64,000 bases of DNA, taken from an uncultured SAR86 cluster bacterium (GTDB lineage: Bacteria; Pseudomonadota; Gammaproteobacteria; Magnimaribacterales; D2472). The DNA lies in the NCBI GenBank assembly GCA_902608115.1, contig CACLMT010000003.1, forward strand, positions 40,302 to 104,301, in the 5' to 3' direction. The stretch's first letter is position 1; each line of letters starts with the position of its first letter. A program made the translations under genes and the position numbers. This document shows positions 17,885-27,950 of the stretch, one piece after another. The notes under the pieces are model-generated. The model was given only the letters and a program-made list of their open reading frames with translations, did not search any database and was not told where the DNA came from.

Positions 17885-19211
17885 GAAGATATTTTTTTGT
17901 ATAAATCTTTCCTGATCTCACGCCAAATTGATCAAAAGGATTAATTTGTAGCATTACTGAAGTTATAAATGTTCTGTGCTCCCAAGTTGCAATTAAATAT
18001 CCTAAAGTAAAAGGATCTAATTTCTTTAGTAAAAACAGATTTACAGGAACATCTCCATTTATTTTTTCTGATTCTTGCAATAAATCATCAGCTCCAGAAG
18101 ACAATAATTTTGCCTGAGTAATAGCCTGAGCATAAGCTAGACTACTTGGATCCTCCTGAACGGCAAGAATATCTGCACAAATATTTTGTGTGCCCTGATG
18201 AAGTAATTGAAAATATGAATGTTGGGCTGTAGGTCCATAGCCTCCAAATATTATTTGACCAGTCGCTTTGAATTCAGAATTCTTGTTTGGTTGCTTTCCT
18301 AAAGACTCCATCTCAAGTTGCTGAACATAATCTGCAAATGATCTTAATCTCCAGCTATATGATAAAACTGCTCTAGTTTTCTTGCTTTTAACATTGTTGA
18401 GCCAGATATCTGAGAAAGACAATCTTTTTAAAAATCCTAAATAATCTTGGTCTTTGACGAGATCTTTGTCAGCTCTAGCCCCACCTTCAAGAAAGCTTTC
18501 AAAGGCAGAGTCGCCCATTTTTATATTGGCTGGATATGATGCACAAGACCATATTGAATATCTTCCACCTATTTCAGGTTCTAATTCAATAATTTTAAGA
18601 AAATTATATTGCTCTGCTGCTTTAGGGTTTGCAGTAATGGCAGCAAAATTCTTTGGATCTCCAGACCACTCTAATGCATATTTTAAACTTTCAAGAGTCT
18701 CATCGGTAGTAAATGATTTTGAGACAACAAAGAAAAATGTTTTTTCTTTTATTAAATCAAAGTTATTTAATTTAAACCTAATTTCTTCAGGATCTGATCC
18801 CGTAATAAATATTGGATCTCTAGGAGTTTCATTAGTAGAATCTACATCTCTTTTATTTAAATTAATATTAAAACATTCTGTTAATAATTTTGTGCCCTCG
18901 AACGAACCACCAATACCAAGAACAACAATCTCCCATCCCAAATCTGAATTAATCCTTGAATCTATAAGATCCATGCTCTTTGGATAATGCTTCTTTAAGT
19001 TTCTTACTTGACTATGAATGGCTGATTGATCCTCTGATAAATTGACTTTTTCACCATTCAAAAGATCGTCTATTTGTTTAGAAAGGTTAAGTTTTTTAGC
19101 CGTTAAATCAAATTCCTGAAATAACTTTTCTGAAAAATCATTCATATAAGCTTCATAACTCAATATGTCATTTTCAAAGGTTTTAAAATCTACAAAAAGT
19201 TTTTTATTCAT
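17868..19211 (-). CDS. pgi: Glucose-6-phosphate isomerase (short ~450-aa type)
   Basis: The 447-aa ORF has IGIGGS, SKSFTT.ET, GGRYS.WS and QLLHQG motifs. Confidence 0.85.
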   Translation of the reverse strand: MNKKLFVDFKTFENDILSYEAYMNDFSEKLFQEFDLTAKKLNLSKQIDDLLNGEKVNLSEDQSAIHSQVRNLKKHYPKSMDLIDSRINSDLGWEIVVLGIGGSFEGTKLLTECFNINLNKRDVDSTNETPRDPIFITGSDPEEIRFKLNNFDLIKEKTFFFVVSKSFTTDETLESLKYALEWSGDPKNFAAITANPKAAEQYNFLKIIELEPEIGGRYSIWSCASYPANIKMGDSAFESFLEGGARADKDLVKDQDYLGFLKRLSFSDIWLNNVKSKKTRAVLSYSWRLRSFADYVQQLEMESLGKQPNKNSEFKATGQIIFGGYGPTAQHSYFQLLHQGTQNICADILAVQEDPSSLAYAQAITQAKLLSSGADDLLQESEKINGDVPVNLFLLKKLDPFTLGYLIATWEHRTFITSVMLQINPFDQFGVRSGKIYTKKYLRENGA

Positions 19212-19882
19212 TTGATTTGTTCGCTCAAATCATTTAATGATTTAGAAATATTATTTGATTCTGTAATAGGTCTTCCAATGACTATGAAATCTGCGCCTAA
19301 TTCAATTGCTTGTTTTGGAGTCATAATCCTTCTTTGATCATCATCAGATGGCGTGAACCGAATGCCTGGTGTTATAGATAAAAGCGAACTTCTTGGAGTT
19401 ACTAAATGAAGCTCATGGGGAGAGCAAACAATCCCGTCAATACGAGCCTCTTCAGCTAAATCAAGCATTGCTTTTACTTGATCTTGAGCTTCTCTTCTAA
19501 AAATATAGTTTGTATCCTCATCAGACAGACTAGTTAAAACAGTAACGCCAAAGATTTTAATTTCTATATCTTTAACTACCTGCATCGCAGCTTGCATCAT
19601 CTTGATACCTCCAGAAGTATGAATGGTTAGCATTTTGATAGGCAAGGTTATTAAACCCTCTATAGATTTTTGAACTGTATTAGGAATGTCATGAAGTTTC
19701 AGGTCTAAAAATATTTCAAAGCCCTTACCATGAGCTAGATATATAAATTCTTTTCCCAAAGAATTAAATGTAATACTTCCTATTTTTATCATGCATAAGG
19801 ATGGATTTAACTGTTCTAAGATATGGGATGCTTGATCATACTCATATGAATCAATTGCAATAATAATTTTGGAATTAGCCAT
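19208..19882 (-). CDS. pyrF: Orotidine 5'-phosphate decarboxylase
   Basis: The 224-aa ORF has IIAIDS, FLDLKLHDIPNT and IVIGRPI motifs. Confidence 0.85.
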   Translation of the reverse strand: MANSKIIIAIDSYEYDQASHILEQLNPSLCMIKIGSITFNSLGKEFIYLAHGKGFEIFLDLKLHDIPNTVQKSIEGLITLPIKMLTIHTSGGIKMMQAAMQVVKDIEIKIFGVTVLTSLSDEDTNYIFRREAQDQVKAMLDLAEEARIDGIVCSPHELHLVTPRSSLLSITPGIRFTPSDDDQRRIMTPKQAIELGADFIVIGRPITESNNISKSLNDLSEQIK

Positions 19883-20165
19883 CTGAATTTAATAATTTTT
19901 TTGACGATTTGAAATGCATAGAAGCAGTTTCCCCCAAATATCCAATTTCCTTAGTCTTAGGATTCATAAATCTTCTTGGTCTAATATATTTTTTTGAAAA
20001 AACTCCAAAGCCTCGAATTTCTATATTTTTACCTAAAGCAACATTAATAGTGATATCAGAAATTAAATTCTCAATACATAAAAGCACAATAGATTCTGGC
20101 ATATCTAATTTTTTAGAAATTGAAAAAGCTAAATCAGATTTATTAAAATTAACTATTTTGTTCAT
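19875..20165 (-). CDS. ihfB: Integration host factor beta-like subunit (HU/IHF family)
   Basis: The 96-aa ORF has NIEIRGFGVFSKKY..PR...NPKT, matching IhfB RIEIRGFGSFSLHY..PR.GRNPKT. It lies downstream of rpsA, as ihfB does in gammaproteobacteria. Confidence 0.7.
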   Translation of the reverse strand: MNKIVNFNKSDLAFSISKKLDMPESIVLLCIENLISDITINVALGKNIEIRGFGVFSKKYIRPRRFMNPKTKEIGYLGETASMHFKSSKKLLNSDG

Positions 20166-20175
20166 TAAAGATCAC

Positions 20176-20454
20176 TTAATTCAACATATTCTTTGTCTTT
20201 TTTGCTGGTGCAAATTTTACCTTTTCTATAGATGGTATTGGAAAACTTTCTTTTGTTTTCGGGTTACGACCAATCCTTGGCTTAGTATAAAACTTAATAA
20301 AAGTACCAAATCCTGAAATTTTTACTTTTGAATTTTTATTCAGGGCTTTAGCTAAAGAAATAAAAAATTCATCTACAAAAACTGAAGACTCTTCTTTAGA
20401 AAGATTTACTTCCTCTTTTAAAGAATAAGATAAATCTTTTTTAGTAATGTTCAT
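20176..20454 (-). CDS. HU/IHF-family DNA-binding protein, IhfA-like
   Basis: The track ORF (to 20481) begins at a TTG. The ATG at 20454 gives MNITKKDLSYSL..., comparable to IhfA MALTKAEMSEYL. VKISGFGTFIKFYTKPRIGRNPKTKESFPIPSIEKVKFAPAKKTK resembles IhfA [45 protein letters not shown] (recalled). Confidence 0.6.
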   Translation of the reverse strand: MNITKKDLSYSLKEEVNLSKEESSVFVDEFFISLAKALNKNSKVKISGFGTFIKFYTKPRIGRNPKTKESFPIPSIEKVKFAPAKKTKNMLN

Positions 20455-20578
20455 AACATTTCCATTTAAATCATTTCTCAATAATACAGAAAAATCTAAA
20501 TGATGGTTAAATCAGGAGTTTATCTTATTGCAAGAAAGTTTACTAATAAAGATAAGTAACCCTTATAGGTAAGAACAA

Positions 20579-21886
20579 CTACGCGCTTAATTTTAATGAA
20601 ATTCGTTCTCGTTCAGCATCAATACCAAAGATAATGCATGATAGTTTGTCACCTTTTTTGAAATTTTGTATTGCTTCTGTTGGGTCTTCATCTTCAGTTA
20701 CATCAGATAAATGAATTAATCCATCTATATCACCTTCAAGACCAACAAAAATACCAAAGTCTGTGACTGATTTAATATTTCCTTCTACAGAATCACCTAA
20801 ACTATATTTATTAGAAAATTCTGTCCACGGATTTGGTTTTGTTTGTTTTAGCCCAAGAGAAATTCTTCTCTTGTCATGGTCTATTTCTAAAACCATAACT
20901 TTAATTTTTTCTTCTAAATCCACTACCTTTGAAGGATGAATGTTTTTATTTGTCCAATCCAATTCAGATAAATGGATAAGCCCTTCCACGCCCTGCTCTA
21001 ATTCAGCAAAACATCCATAATCGGTTATATTGGATACAATTGCTTCATAGATGCCGCCTACTGAGTATTTGCCTTCGATAGTTTCCCATGGGTCGTTCTG
21101 AATTTGTTTTAATCCCAATGAAACTCTTAGTTTCTCTTTATCAAAACTTAAAATCTTGACATCAATCTCTTCACCTAGACTTAAAACTTCTGAGGGATGG
21201 GTAACTCTTGACCATGAAATATCAGTAATGTGAAGCAATCCATCTAGCCCTCCAAGATCAACAAAAGCTCCATAATCAGTAAGATTTTTAACAACCCCTT
21301 TTACAATTTGACCTTCATCAAGGTTTTTGAGTAACTCAACTTTTTCAGCTGAATTTTTCTTTTCTAGCACCGCTTTTCTAGACAAAACAACATTATTTCT
21401 CTTGTAATCAAGCTTAATAACTTTGAAATCCTGAACAGTGTTTTCAATTTCTGGCGCTTCTTTCACTGGCCTTACATCTACCAATGAACCTGGTAAAAAA
21501 GCTTTCACAACATCAACTTCAATTGAATAACCACCCTTAACTCTTGTTAGAACTTTGCCCTCAACAAATTCACCTGTTTCTAATGCTTCTTCAAGTTTTT
21601 TCCAAGTCCCAATCTTTCTAGCTTTCTCTCTTGAGATTCTTGTTTCACCATAGCCATCTTCAACAGCTTCTAAAGCCACCTGGACTTCATCTCCGGCTTT
21701 AATTTCAACTTTACCATCATTATTTCGGAACTCATCTAGCGATATAACGCCCTCTGATTTAAGACCAACATGAACAGTTACCCATTCTTTATCTACATCA
21801 AGAACAACGCCTGTAACAATTGATCCAGGCTGCATTTCTAATGTACTTAGACTGTCATTTAATAGCGTGGCAAAATTTTCTGACAT
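20579..21886 (-). CDS. rpsA: 30S ribosomal protein S1, five-domain form (lacks the sixth S1 domain)
   Basis: The 435-aa ORF is collinear with E. coli S1 residues 1-~437 and ends ...DAERERISLKLSA, exactly where E. coli domain 5 ends (DAERERISLGVKQL). Only 97 bp separate its stop from the next gene. Confidence 0.9.
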   Translation of the reverse strand: MSENFATLLNDSLSTLEMQPGSIVTGVVLDVDKEWVTVHVGLKSEGVISLDEFRNNDGKVEIKAGDEVQVALEAVEDGYGETRISREKARKIGTWKKLEEALETGEFVEGKVLTRVKGGYSIEVDVVKAFLPGSLVDVRPVKEAPEIENTVQDFKVIKLDYKRNNVVLSRKAVLEKKNSAEKVELLKNLDEGQIVKGVVKNLTDYGAFVDLGGLDGLLHITDISWSRVTHPSEVLSLGEEIDVKILSFDKEKLRVSLGLKQIQNDPWETIEGKYSVGGIYEAIVSNITDYGCFAELEQGVEGLIHLSELDWTNKNIHPSKVVDLEEKIKVMVLEIDHDKRRISLGLKQTKPNPWTEFSNKYSLGDSVEGNIKSVTDFGIFVGLEGDIDGLIHLSDVTEDEDPTEAIQNFKKGDKLSCIIFGIDAERERISLKLSA

Positions 21887-21891
21887 ATTTT

Positions 21892-22566
21892 TTAACTTTC
21901 CGCTGTTTGTATTCTATATATCCCTAAAGCTTTTTTTAGTACTTCTTGAGGAGTCAGATTAGTTGAATCAAGTTCTATAGAATCTTCAGCAGCAATTAAA
22001 GGAGAAATCTCTCTTGCTTGATCTGCCTTATCTCTTAATCTAATGTCTTCAATTAGATCGCGCATATTAACGTCTTGATTGCTTTTCTGCAACTCTAAGA
22101 GCCTTCTCTTCGCTCTTATTTCAACATCGGCATTTAAAAATATTTTAGTTGCCGCATCTGGAAAAACCACAGTTCCCATATCTCTTCCATCTGCCACCAA
22201 ACCATTCTCATTGATAAGATTTCTTTGAAAAGTTATTAAATTATCTCTTGTTTCTTTTTCGCTGCTTATTTTTGAGGCTGATTTAGCAACTTTCTCATCT
22301 CTTAAAAAAGATGTAATTTCATTTTTATCTTCAAAGACCTTCATTTCGCCCAAGACATTTTCTATAAGTAATTCAGAAAAAAAATTTACTGCATCTGAAT
22401 GATTGCCTGTTTGGATAAAGCTATATGAATAAGCTCTATAGAGCAACCCGCTATCCAAAAGCAGAAAATTTAGTTCACGTGCAAGGCTCTTAGCTAGAGA
22501 CCCTTTCCCAGATGCAGATGGACCATCAATCGTTATAATTTTGTTATTTTTCAATTTGATATCCAA
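21892..22566 (-). CDS. cmk: Cytidylate kinase
   Basis: The 224-aa ORF has the P-loop ITIDGPSASGKGS and sits between aroA and rpsA. Confidence 0.85.
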   Translation of the reverse strand: MDIKLKNNKIITIDGPSASGKGSLAKSLARELNFLLLDSGLLYRAYSYSFIQTGNHSDAVNFFSELLIENVLGEMKVFEDKNEITSFLRDEKVAKSASKISSEKETRDNLITFQRNLINENGLVADGRDMGTVVFPDAATKIFLNADVEIRAKRRLLELQKSNQDVNMRDLIEDIRLRDKADQAREISPLIAAEDSIELDSTNLTPQEVLKKALGIYRIQTAES

Positions 22567-23860
22567 GAGATGATGTTAATTCAATAAAATTTGGAAACGA
22601 TGTAAAAATATTCATACATTTTGTGACTGTTATAGGTTTATTGCATTTTAGTCCTGCAATTAAAAAACTCATAGCAATTCTATGGTCGTCATATGAATCT
22701 ATTGAAATTGGATTTGATAAAATTAATGATGCAGGGTTTCCATAAATTTTAATTCCGTCATCAAAATTTTTATACTTAACTCCAAGCTTGTTAAAACCAG
22801 CAGAAATAGCCTTCAAACGATCTGATTCTTTAACTCTCAACTCGGATGCATCTCTAATTATGGTCTCTCCTTCTGCAAAAGCAGCAGCAATAGAAATTAT
22901 AGGAATTTCATCAATAATATTAGGGATAATACTGCCTCTGAGCTCCACACCTTTGAGGTGAGACTCATGAACAACTATATCTGCAAGAGGTTCTCCAGAT
23001 TCAACCCTAAGATTAGTTATATGAATGTTTGCTCCCATTTGGTCTAGAACTTTCAATATCCCAGTTCTAGTAGAATTCATTCCAACATCTAAAATTTTAA
23101 GTTTTTTCGACTTAGATATTAGAGCACCCACAATTAAAAAAGAAGCTGATGAGATATCTCCCACAACTTGATAGTCTTTGGCATGCAAAGACGATCCTTC
23201 TTTAAGGTGAATAACATTTTTACCTTCAATAGAATTGATCTCAAGCTTAGCTCCAAAGTTTTTTAGCATTCTCTCAGTGTGATCTCTAGTCTGGATTGGT
23301 TCTATTACAGTTACAGAATTTCCTGACGCTAATCCTGCCAATAAAATGCATGATTTAACTTGCGCGCTTGCAATGGGCAATTCATAAATAAAGCTTCTTT
23401 TTAATTTTGATGGGAAAATTTTAATGGGTAACATCTCATTTAAAGACTCCATACTTACCCCCATTTTTATCAAAGGTTTAATTACTCGACCCATCGGTCT
23501 ACTAGATAAAGATGTATCACCTTGAAAAGATAACTCAAGACCTAGACCAGAAGTCATTCCAAGCATTAACCTTAAACCTGTTCCAGAATTTCCTAGATCT
23601 AAAGGTTTCTTTGAATTTATGAATGGTTTCTTTCTTTTTTTGATTCTAATAATTCCTTTCTTATCAATCTCTATATCTGCTCCAATCTGATTAAGAGATG
23701 ACAAAGTGCACAAAGGATCATCAGCATGAAGAAAACCTCTAATTTTCATTTGATCATTAATCAAAGAAGCAATCATAAGAACTCTTTGAGAAATTGATTT
23801 ATCTCCAGGGCAGTTTGCAACTCCGTGCAATGAACAATTTGGGGTTGATGTTATATTCAA
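22544..23860 (-). CDS. aroA: 3-phosphoshikimate 1-carboxyvinyltransferase (EPSP synthase)
   Basis: The 438-aa ORF has PGDKSISQR, LGNSGT and RVKESDR motifs. Confidence 0.9.
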   Translation of the reverse strand: MNITSTPNCSLHGVANCPGDKSISQRVLMIASLINDQMKIRGFLHADDPLCTLSSLNQIGADIEIDKKGIIRIKKRKKPFINSKKPLDLGNSGTGLRLMLGMTSGLGLELSFQGDTSLSSRPMGRVIKPLIKMGVSMESLNEMLPIKIFPSKLKRSFIYELPIASAQVKSCILLAGLASGNSVTVIEPIQTRDHTERMLKNFGAKLEINSIEGKNVIHLKEGSSLHAKDYQVVGDISSASFLIVGALISKSKKLKILDVGMNSTRTGILKVLDQMGANIHITNLRVESGEPLADIVVHESHLKGVELRGSIIPNIIDEIPIISIAAAFAEGETIIRDASELRVKESDRLKAISAGFNKLGVKYKNFDDGIKIYGNPASLILSNPISIDSYDDHRIAMSFLIAGLKCNKPITVTKCMNIFTSFPNFIELTSSLGYQIEK

Positions 23861-24699
23861 TAGTTTTCTTCTTTAAAATTTTTTAAATCCAATAATAAAG
23901 CCTCAATCTCTTGATTATCTTTATTAATCTTAAATTTAAGAATATCTAGATTTTCTTCTAAAGCATCAATAGCTGAAATAATATTTTCTTTATTCAAAGT
24001 AAAAATATCTGCCCACATTTCAGAAGACGAAGATGCAAGCCTTAAAAATTCACCTAGGCCTCCTCCAGAAAATTTTGATATATCTGTTTGATCAAGATTC
24101 TTTAATGTCATAAGTAAGGCATATGAAACAACATGAGGTAAATGGCTTGAATGTGCAAAAACATAATCATGAACATTGCTTTCAAGGTTAAATATTCGAG
24201 CATTCATGCTCTTCCATAGATTTCGGACCTTTTCTATATGCTTACTTAAAACTGACTGACTATAAGAAAGGATTACCTCTTTATTCTTAAACAAGCCTTT
24301 CAACGAATTTTCTTGGCCAGATAGATGAGATCCAGCAATCGGATGAGACAAAACTATATTGTTTGGATATTTAAATTCTAAAAGAATTTCCTCTAAAGCA
24401 GATTTAGTACTGGAAGTATCGGTAATAGTAATATTTGAATTAAATAAAAAGCTTAATGCTCCTAGGATCTCAAGAGAAGCTCTTGGAGGGGTTGCAATGA
24501 TAACTAAAGAATCATTATATTTTTCTATAGTCAGCTCATCTAAGTTGTCTATAAATCCATTAATAGTTTTATTGGCTAAAGCATTTTCTATACTGTGATG
24601 ATTCTTATCAAATGCAAGTATATTGATATCTTTGATCTCACTGAGCTCCTTTGCAATTGAACCGCCTATTAAACCAAGACCTATTATTACGATATTCAT
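23857..24699 (-). CDS. tyrA: Prephenate (arogenate) dehydrogenase
   Basis: The 280-aa ORF has a Rossmann N-terminus (IVIIGLGLIGGSIA) and an HP.AG motif. Its context is hisC-tyrA-aroA. Confidence 0.75.
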   Translation of the reverse strand: MNIVIIGLGLIGGSIAKELSEIKDINILAFDKNHHSIENALANKTINGFIDNLDELTIEKYNDSLVIIATPPRASLEILGALSFLFNSNITITDTSSTKSALEEILLEFKYPNNIVLSHPIAGSHLSGQENSLKGLFKNKEVILSYSQSVLSKHIEKVRNLWKSMNARIFNLESNVHDYVFAHSSHLPHVVSYALLMTLKNLDQTDISKFSGGGLGEFLRLASSSSEMWADIFTLNKENIISAIDALEENLDILKFKINKDNQEIEALLLDLKNFKEENY

Positions 24700-25793
24700 A
24701 ATAATTCTTCCAATGCTTTGAGAAATCTTGAATTATCTTTTTTATTCCCAATAGTAACCCTAAGAAAATCTGGCATATCATATACATCAATTGGCCTAAC
24801 AATGATCCCTCTTTCCAGTAACTTTTTAAACATCTCTTGACCTACAAAGGGTCCTTTAAAGGATATAAAATTAGCGACCGAAGGAATACACTCCATACCC
24901 AGATTTGTCAATTTATCAAAAAGCTTATTGCCTTCTAGTGAATTAAGTTTGACACTTTGTTCTATGTGTTGTGCATCACATATGGCAACGCGAGCTAATT
25001 CCTGAGCTAATGAATTAACATTAAATGGTTGTCTTATTCTATTGAGAACTTCTATTAATGCTGAGTTAGCTATTCCATAACCAATACGAATACTAGCTAA
25101 GCCTTGAATCTTAGAAAATGTCTTTGTGACAACCAAATTTTGAAATTCTTTTAGAAGAGCTAAGGGATCAACATAATCATTCTTGGTAACATATTCAAAA
25201 TAAGCACAATCTAAAACAACTAATACTGAAGAAGGTATATCTCTAAGCAATTTATAAACTTCATCATGAGAATTATATGTTCCTGTAGGGTTGTTAGGAT
25301 TAGCAATGAAGATAACTGTTGTATTTTCTTCAAGATAGGTTGGAAATTTCTTAAGTTGATGCCCCCATTTCTCTGTTGGAACCTCTATTAATTTCGCGCC
25401 TGTTGCTTGTGAGACAATTTTATAAATAGCAAATGCATGACAGGAAACCATTGAAGAAGTTTGAGGATTTAAAAATGCCCTAGCTACCAATTCAAGGATT
25501 TCATTTGAGCCATTTCCAAGAATAATATTTTCATCTAATAGACCCTCATGATCAGCTATCACTTCTTTAAGCTTGGAACCATTCCCGTCAGGATAAAGAT
25601 GTAATTCATGCTTATTATTCTCAAGAATCTCTAAAGCTTTTGGAGAAGCGCCTAATGGATTTTCATTGCTAGCAAGTTTAACTACTTCTGAGTGTCCATA
25701 TTTTAACATTACCTCATCAATGGTCTTGCCCGGCTCATATGGATGTAAACCCTTAATCCCAGGATTAAGATTTTGAAGAATGTCTGAAATCAT
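24696..25793 (-). CDS. hisC: Histidinol-phosphate / aromatic aminotransferase
   Basis: The 365-aa class-II aminotransferase ORF has LASNENPLG, NPNNPTG and TFSK (the PLP lysine). Confidence 0.85.
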   Translation of the reverse strand: MISDILQNLNPGIKGLHPYEPGKTIDEVMLKYGHSEVVKLASNENPLGASPKALEILENNKHELHLYPDGNGSKLKEVIADHEGLLDENIILGNGSNEILELVARAFLNPQTSSMVSCHAFAIYKIVSQATGAKLIEVPTEKWGHQLKKFPTYLEENTTVIFIANPNNPTGTYNSHDEVYKLLRDIPSSVLVVLDCAYFEYVTKNDYVDPLALLKEFQNLVVTKTFSKIQGLASIRIGYGIANSALIEVLNRIRQPFNVNSLAQELARVAICDAQHIEQSVKLNSLEGNKLFDKLTNLGMECIPSVANFISFKGPFVGQEMFKKLLERGIIVRPIDVYDMPDFLRVTIGNKKDNSRFLKALEELL

Positions 25794-26896
25794 TGTTCTG
25801 TTGGATATGAGCCTAAAATTCTTATAAAAGCTCCTGACTTTTTAAGATCATTGATAACATGTTTAAGCTTAGTATCATTCTGATGACCATCACTATCTAT
25901 AAAAAAATTATGTGTTTTGATTGATTCCCTTGAAGGTCTTGTCTCAATTCTACTTAAATTAATTTTTCTTTTTTGAAATGGTTTAAGTAAATCTACTAAG
26001 GCACCTGGTTTATTTTCAGTCTGAATTAAAAATGAAGTTTTATCCTTCGAGCTCTTTTCCACAACTAGATTCCCTATAACTAAAAACCTTGTTTGATTAT
26101 TAGTGAAATCCTCTATGTCTTTATGATGTTGATAAAGTTTGTATCGCTTGATAGCTAGCGAGCTAACTATACATAAACTATTCTTATTTTTTTTAGCAAA
26201 TTTAGCTGCTTCAGAAGTACTAGATGTTAGTTTTCGTTTCACATGAGGTAAATTTGTATCAAGCCATGTGCTACATTGCCCGAGAGCTTGAGGATGAGAA
26301 GCAACAACTTTAGCATCTGATAAATTGATTTTTTTTACAGAAGCTAATTGATGGTGAATAGGCAAATAGGTTTCTCCACATATATTTAATTCTTCATCTG
26401 CCAAACCATTCAACGTTGCATTTACAACCCCTTCAGAGGAGTTTTCAACTGGTACAAGACCAAAATTTGCTGCTCCAGTTCTTACCTGATGGAAAACATC
26501 CTCTATTGTTGGTCTTGGATCTTTTAAAACAGAAGAACCAAAATGCTTAATTAAAGCCGCTTCCGAATAGGTGCCTTCTGGCCCTAAATATGCAACAGTA
26601 AGCTGTTCTTCTAAAAATAAACAAGCTGATATAATTTCTTTAAATATGTGCTTAACTTTATCATCAGGAATTACACCATCACTAAGTTTGACCACATTAC
26701 GTAAAATCTCTACTTCACGATCAGGTTTATATAATGATGAGTTTGAGGTAACTAAACTCTTTAATTCTCCAACTTTTTGAGCAAGAGACCCTCTTTTTTG
26801 AATTAGTTCTATAAGCTGATGATCAATGGCATCAATTTTATCTCTAATAATTTTTATCTTATTCTTTTTCACTTGTCTATCTATGCTTGGATTCAA
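25790..26896 (-). CDS. pheA: Bifunctional chorismate mutase / prephenate dehydratase (P-protein)
   Basis: The 368-aa ORF has an N-terminal CM helix (IRDKIDAIDHQLIELIQKR), a PDT domain (YLGPEGTYSE) and a C-terminal ACT domain (ESRP-like IETRPS). Confidence 0.85.
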   Translation of the reverse strand: MNPSIDRQVKKNKIKIIRDKIDAIDHQLIELIQKRGSLAQKVGELKSLVTSNSSLYKPDREVEILRNVVKLSDGVIPDDKVKHIFKEIISACLFLEEQLTVAYLGPEGTYSEAALIKHFGSSVLKDPRPTIEDVFHQVRTGAANFGLVPVENSSEGVVNATLNGLADEELNICGETYLPIHHQLASVKKINLSDAKVVASHPQALGQCSTWLDTNLPHVKRKLTSSTSEAAKFAKKNKNSLCIVSSLAIKRYKLYQHHKDIEDFTNNQTRFLVIGNLVVEKSSKDKTSFLIQTENKPGALVDLLKPFQKRKINLSRIETRPSRESIKTHNFFIDSDGHQNDTKLKHVINDLKKSGAFIRILGSYPTEQ

Positions 26897-27950
26897 ACTC
26901 CTCCATAAAGCTTATTAATGCATCTACAGCATCTTGTGGGATCGCATTATAGATGCTTGCTCGCATTCCTCCAACTGATCGATGGCCTTTTAAGTTTAAT
27001 AAGCCTGCATTATAAGACGCTTGTAGGAATTCAACATCTAAATCTGAATTATTTAAAATAAATGGGATATTCATTTTAGACCTATTATCTTTTGAGACTG
27101 GATTAAAGTACAAATCAGACTGATCTATATATTCGTATAAGGTCTTTGCTTTTGTATTATTAATTTTAGCAATTGCCTCTAAACCACCTAATGATTTTAA
27201 CCAAGCAAAAACTTTCCCTGACATATACCATGCAAAAGTTGGGGGTGTATTAAGCATAGAGTCTGCATTTGCATGCTCTGAGTATTGAAGCATGGCAGGC
27301 AGATCAGTATGGGCAGTATCTAATAATTCTTGTTTAATAATACAAACGGTTAGTCCTGCTGGACCAATATTTTTTTGAGCGCCAGCATAAATCATTGAGA
27401 ATTTTGATACATCAATAGGCTCACTAAGAACTACAGATGACATATCTGCTATAAGAGGTGATTTACTCTTCGGTGGCTGATGTAATGCTATTCCTTGAAT
27501 TGTTTCATTAGCAACATAATGAAAATATGCAGCATCTTCGGATTCATCAAAATTTTCTTGGCTAGGCGCCTCGGTAAAATTACATGCTTCAGAACTTGCT
27601 GCAATATTTACTGCTGTGATTTTAGAAGCCTCATTTATAGCTTTTTTAGACCAAGTACCTGTTAAAAGATAATCTGCAATTTTTTGATCAGCAAAGTTCA
27701 TGGGAATCATTGAAAACTGAAGAGTTGCTCCTCCTTGAAGAAAAAGCACTTGATAATTATTTGGGATATTTAATAGATCAATTAAATCTTGACGAGCTTT
27801 ATTTGCTAAAGATTTATATTCTGAGGAACGATGGCTCATCTCCATAATTGACATACCTGAATCTTTCCATTCTAAGAGCTCTGCTTGAGCCTCAGAGAGT
27901 ACTTCTTCAGGAATAGCAGCCGGTCCAGCAGAAAAATTCCACTTTCTCAT
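26877..27950 (-). CDS. serC: Phosphoserine aminotransferase
   Basis: The 357-aa ORF begins NFSAGPAAIPEEVL and contains GAQKNIGPAG, canonical for SerC. Confidence 0.9.
   Translation of the reverse strand: MRKWNFSAGPAAIPEEVLSEAQAELLEWKDSGMSIMEMSHRSSEYKSLANKARQDLIDLLNIPNNYQVLFLQGGATLQFSMIPMNFADQKIADYLLTGTWSKKAINEASKITAVNIAASSEACNFTEAPSQENFDESEDAAYFHYVANETIQGIALHQPPKSKSPLIADMSSVVLSEPIDVSKFSMIYAGAQKNIGPAGLTVCIIKQELLDTAHTDLPAMLQYSEHANADSMLNTPPTFAWYMSGKVFAWLKSLGGLEAIAKINNTKAKTLYEYIDQSDLYFNPVSKDNRSKMNIPFILNNSDLDVEFLQASYNAGLLNLKGHRSVGGMRASIYNAIPQDAVDALISFMEEFESKHR

Noticed and set aside
18454-18987. 177-aa plus-strand ORF
   Set aside because: It is antisense within pgi and shows no family resemblance, so it is a chance long ORF.
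19909-20316. 135-aa plus-strand ORF
   Set aside because: It is antisense across both IHF/HU-family genes. The translation is hydrophobic and low-complexity, with no support.
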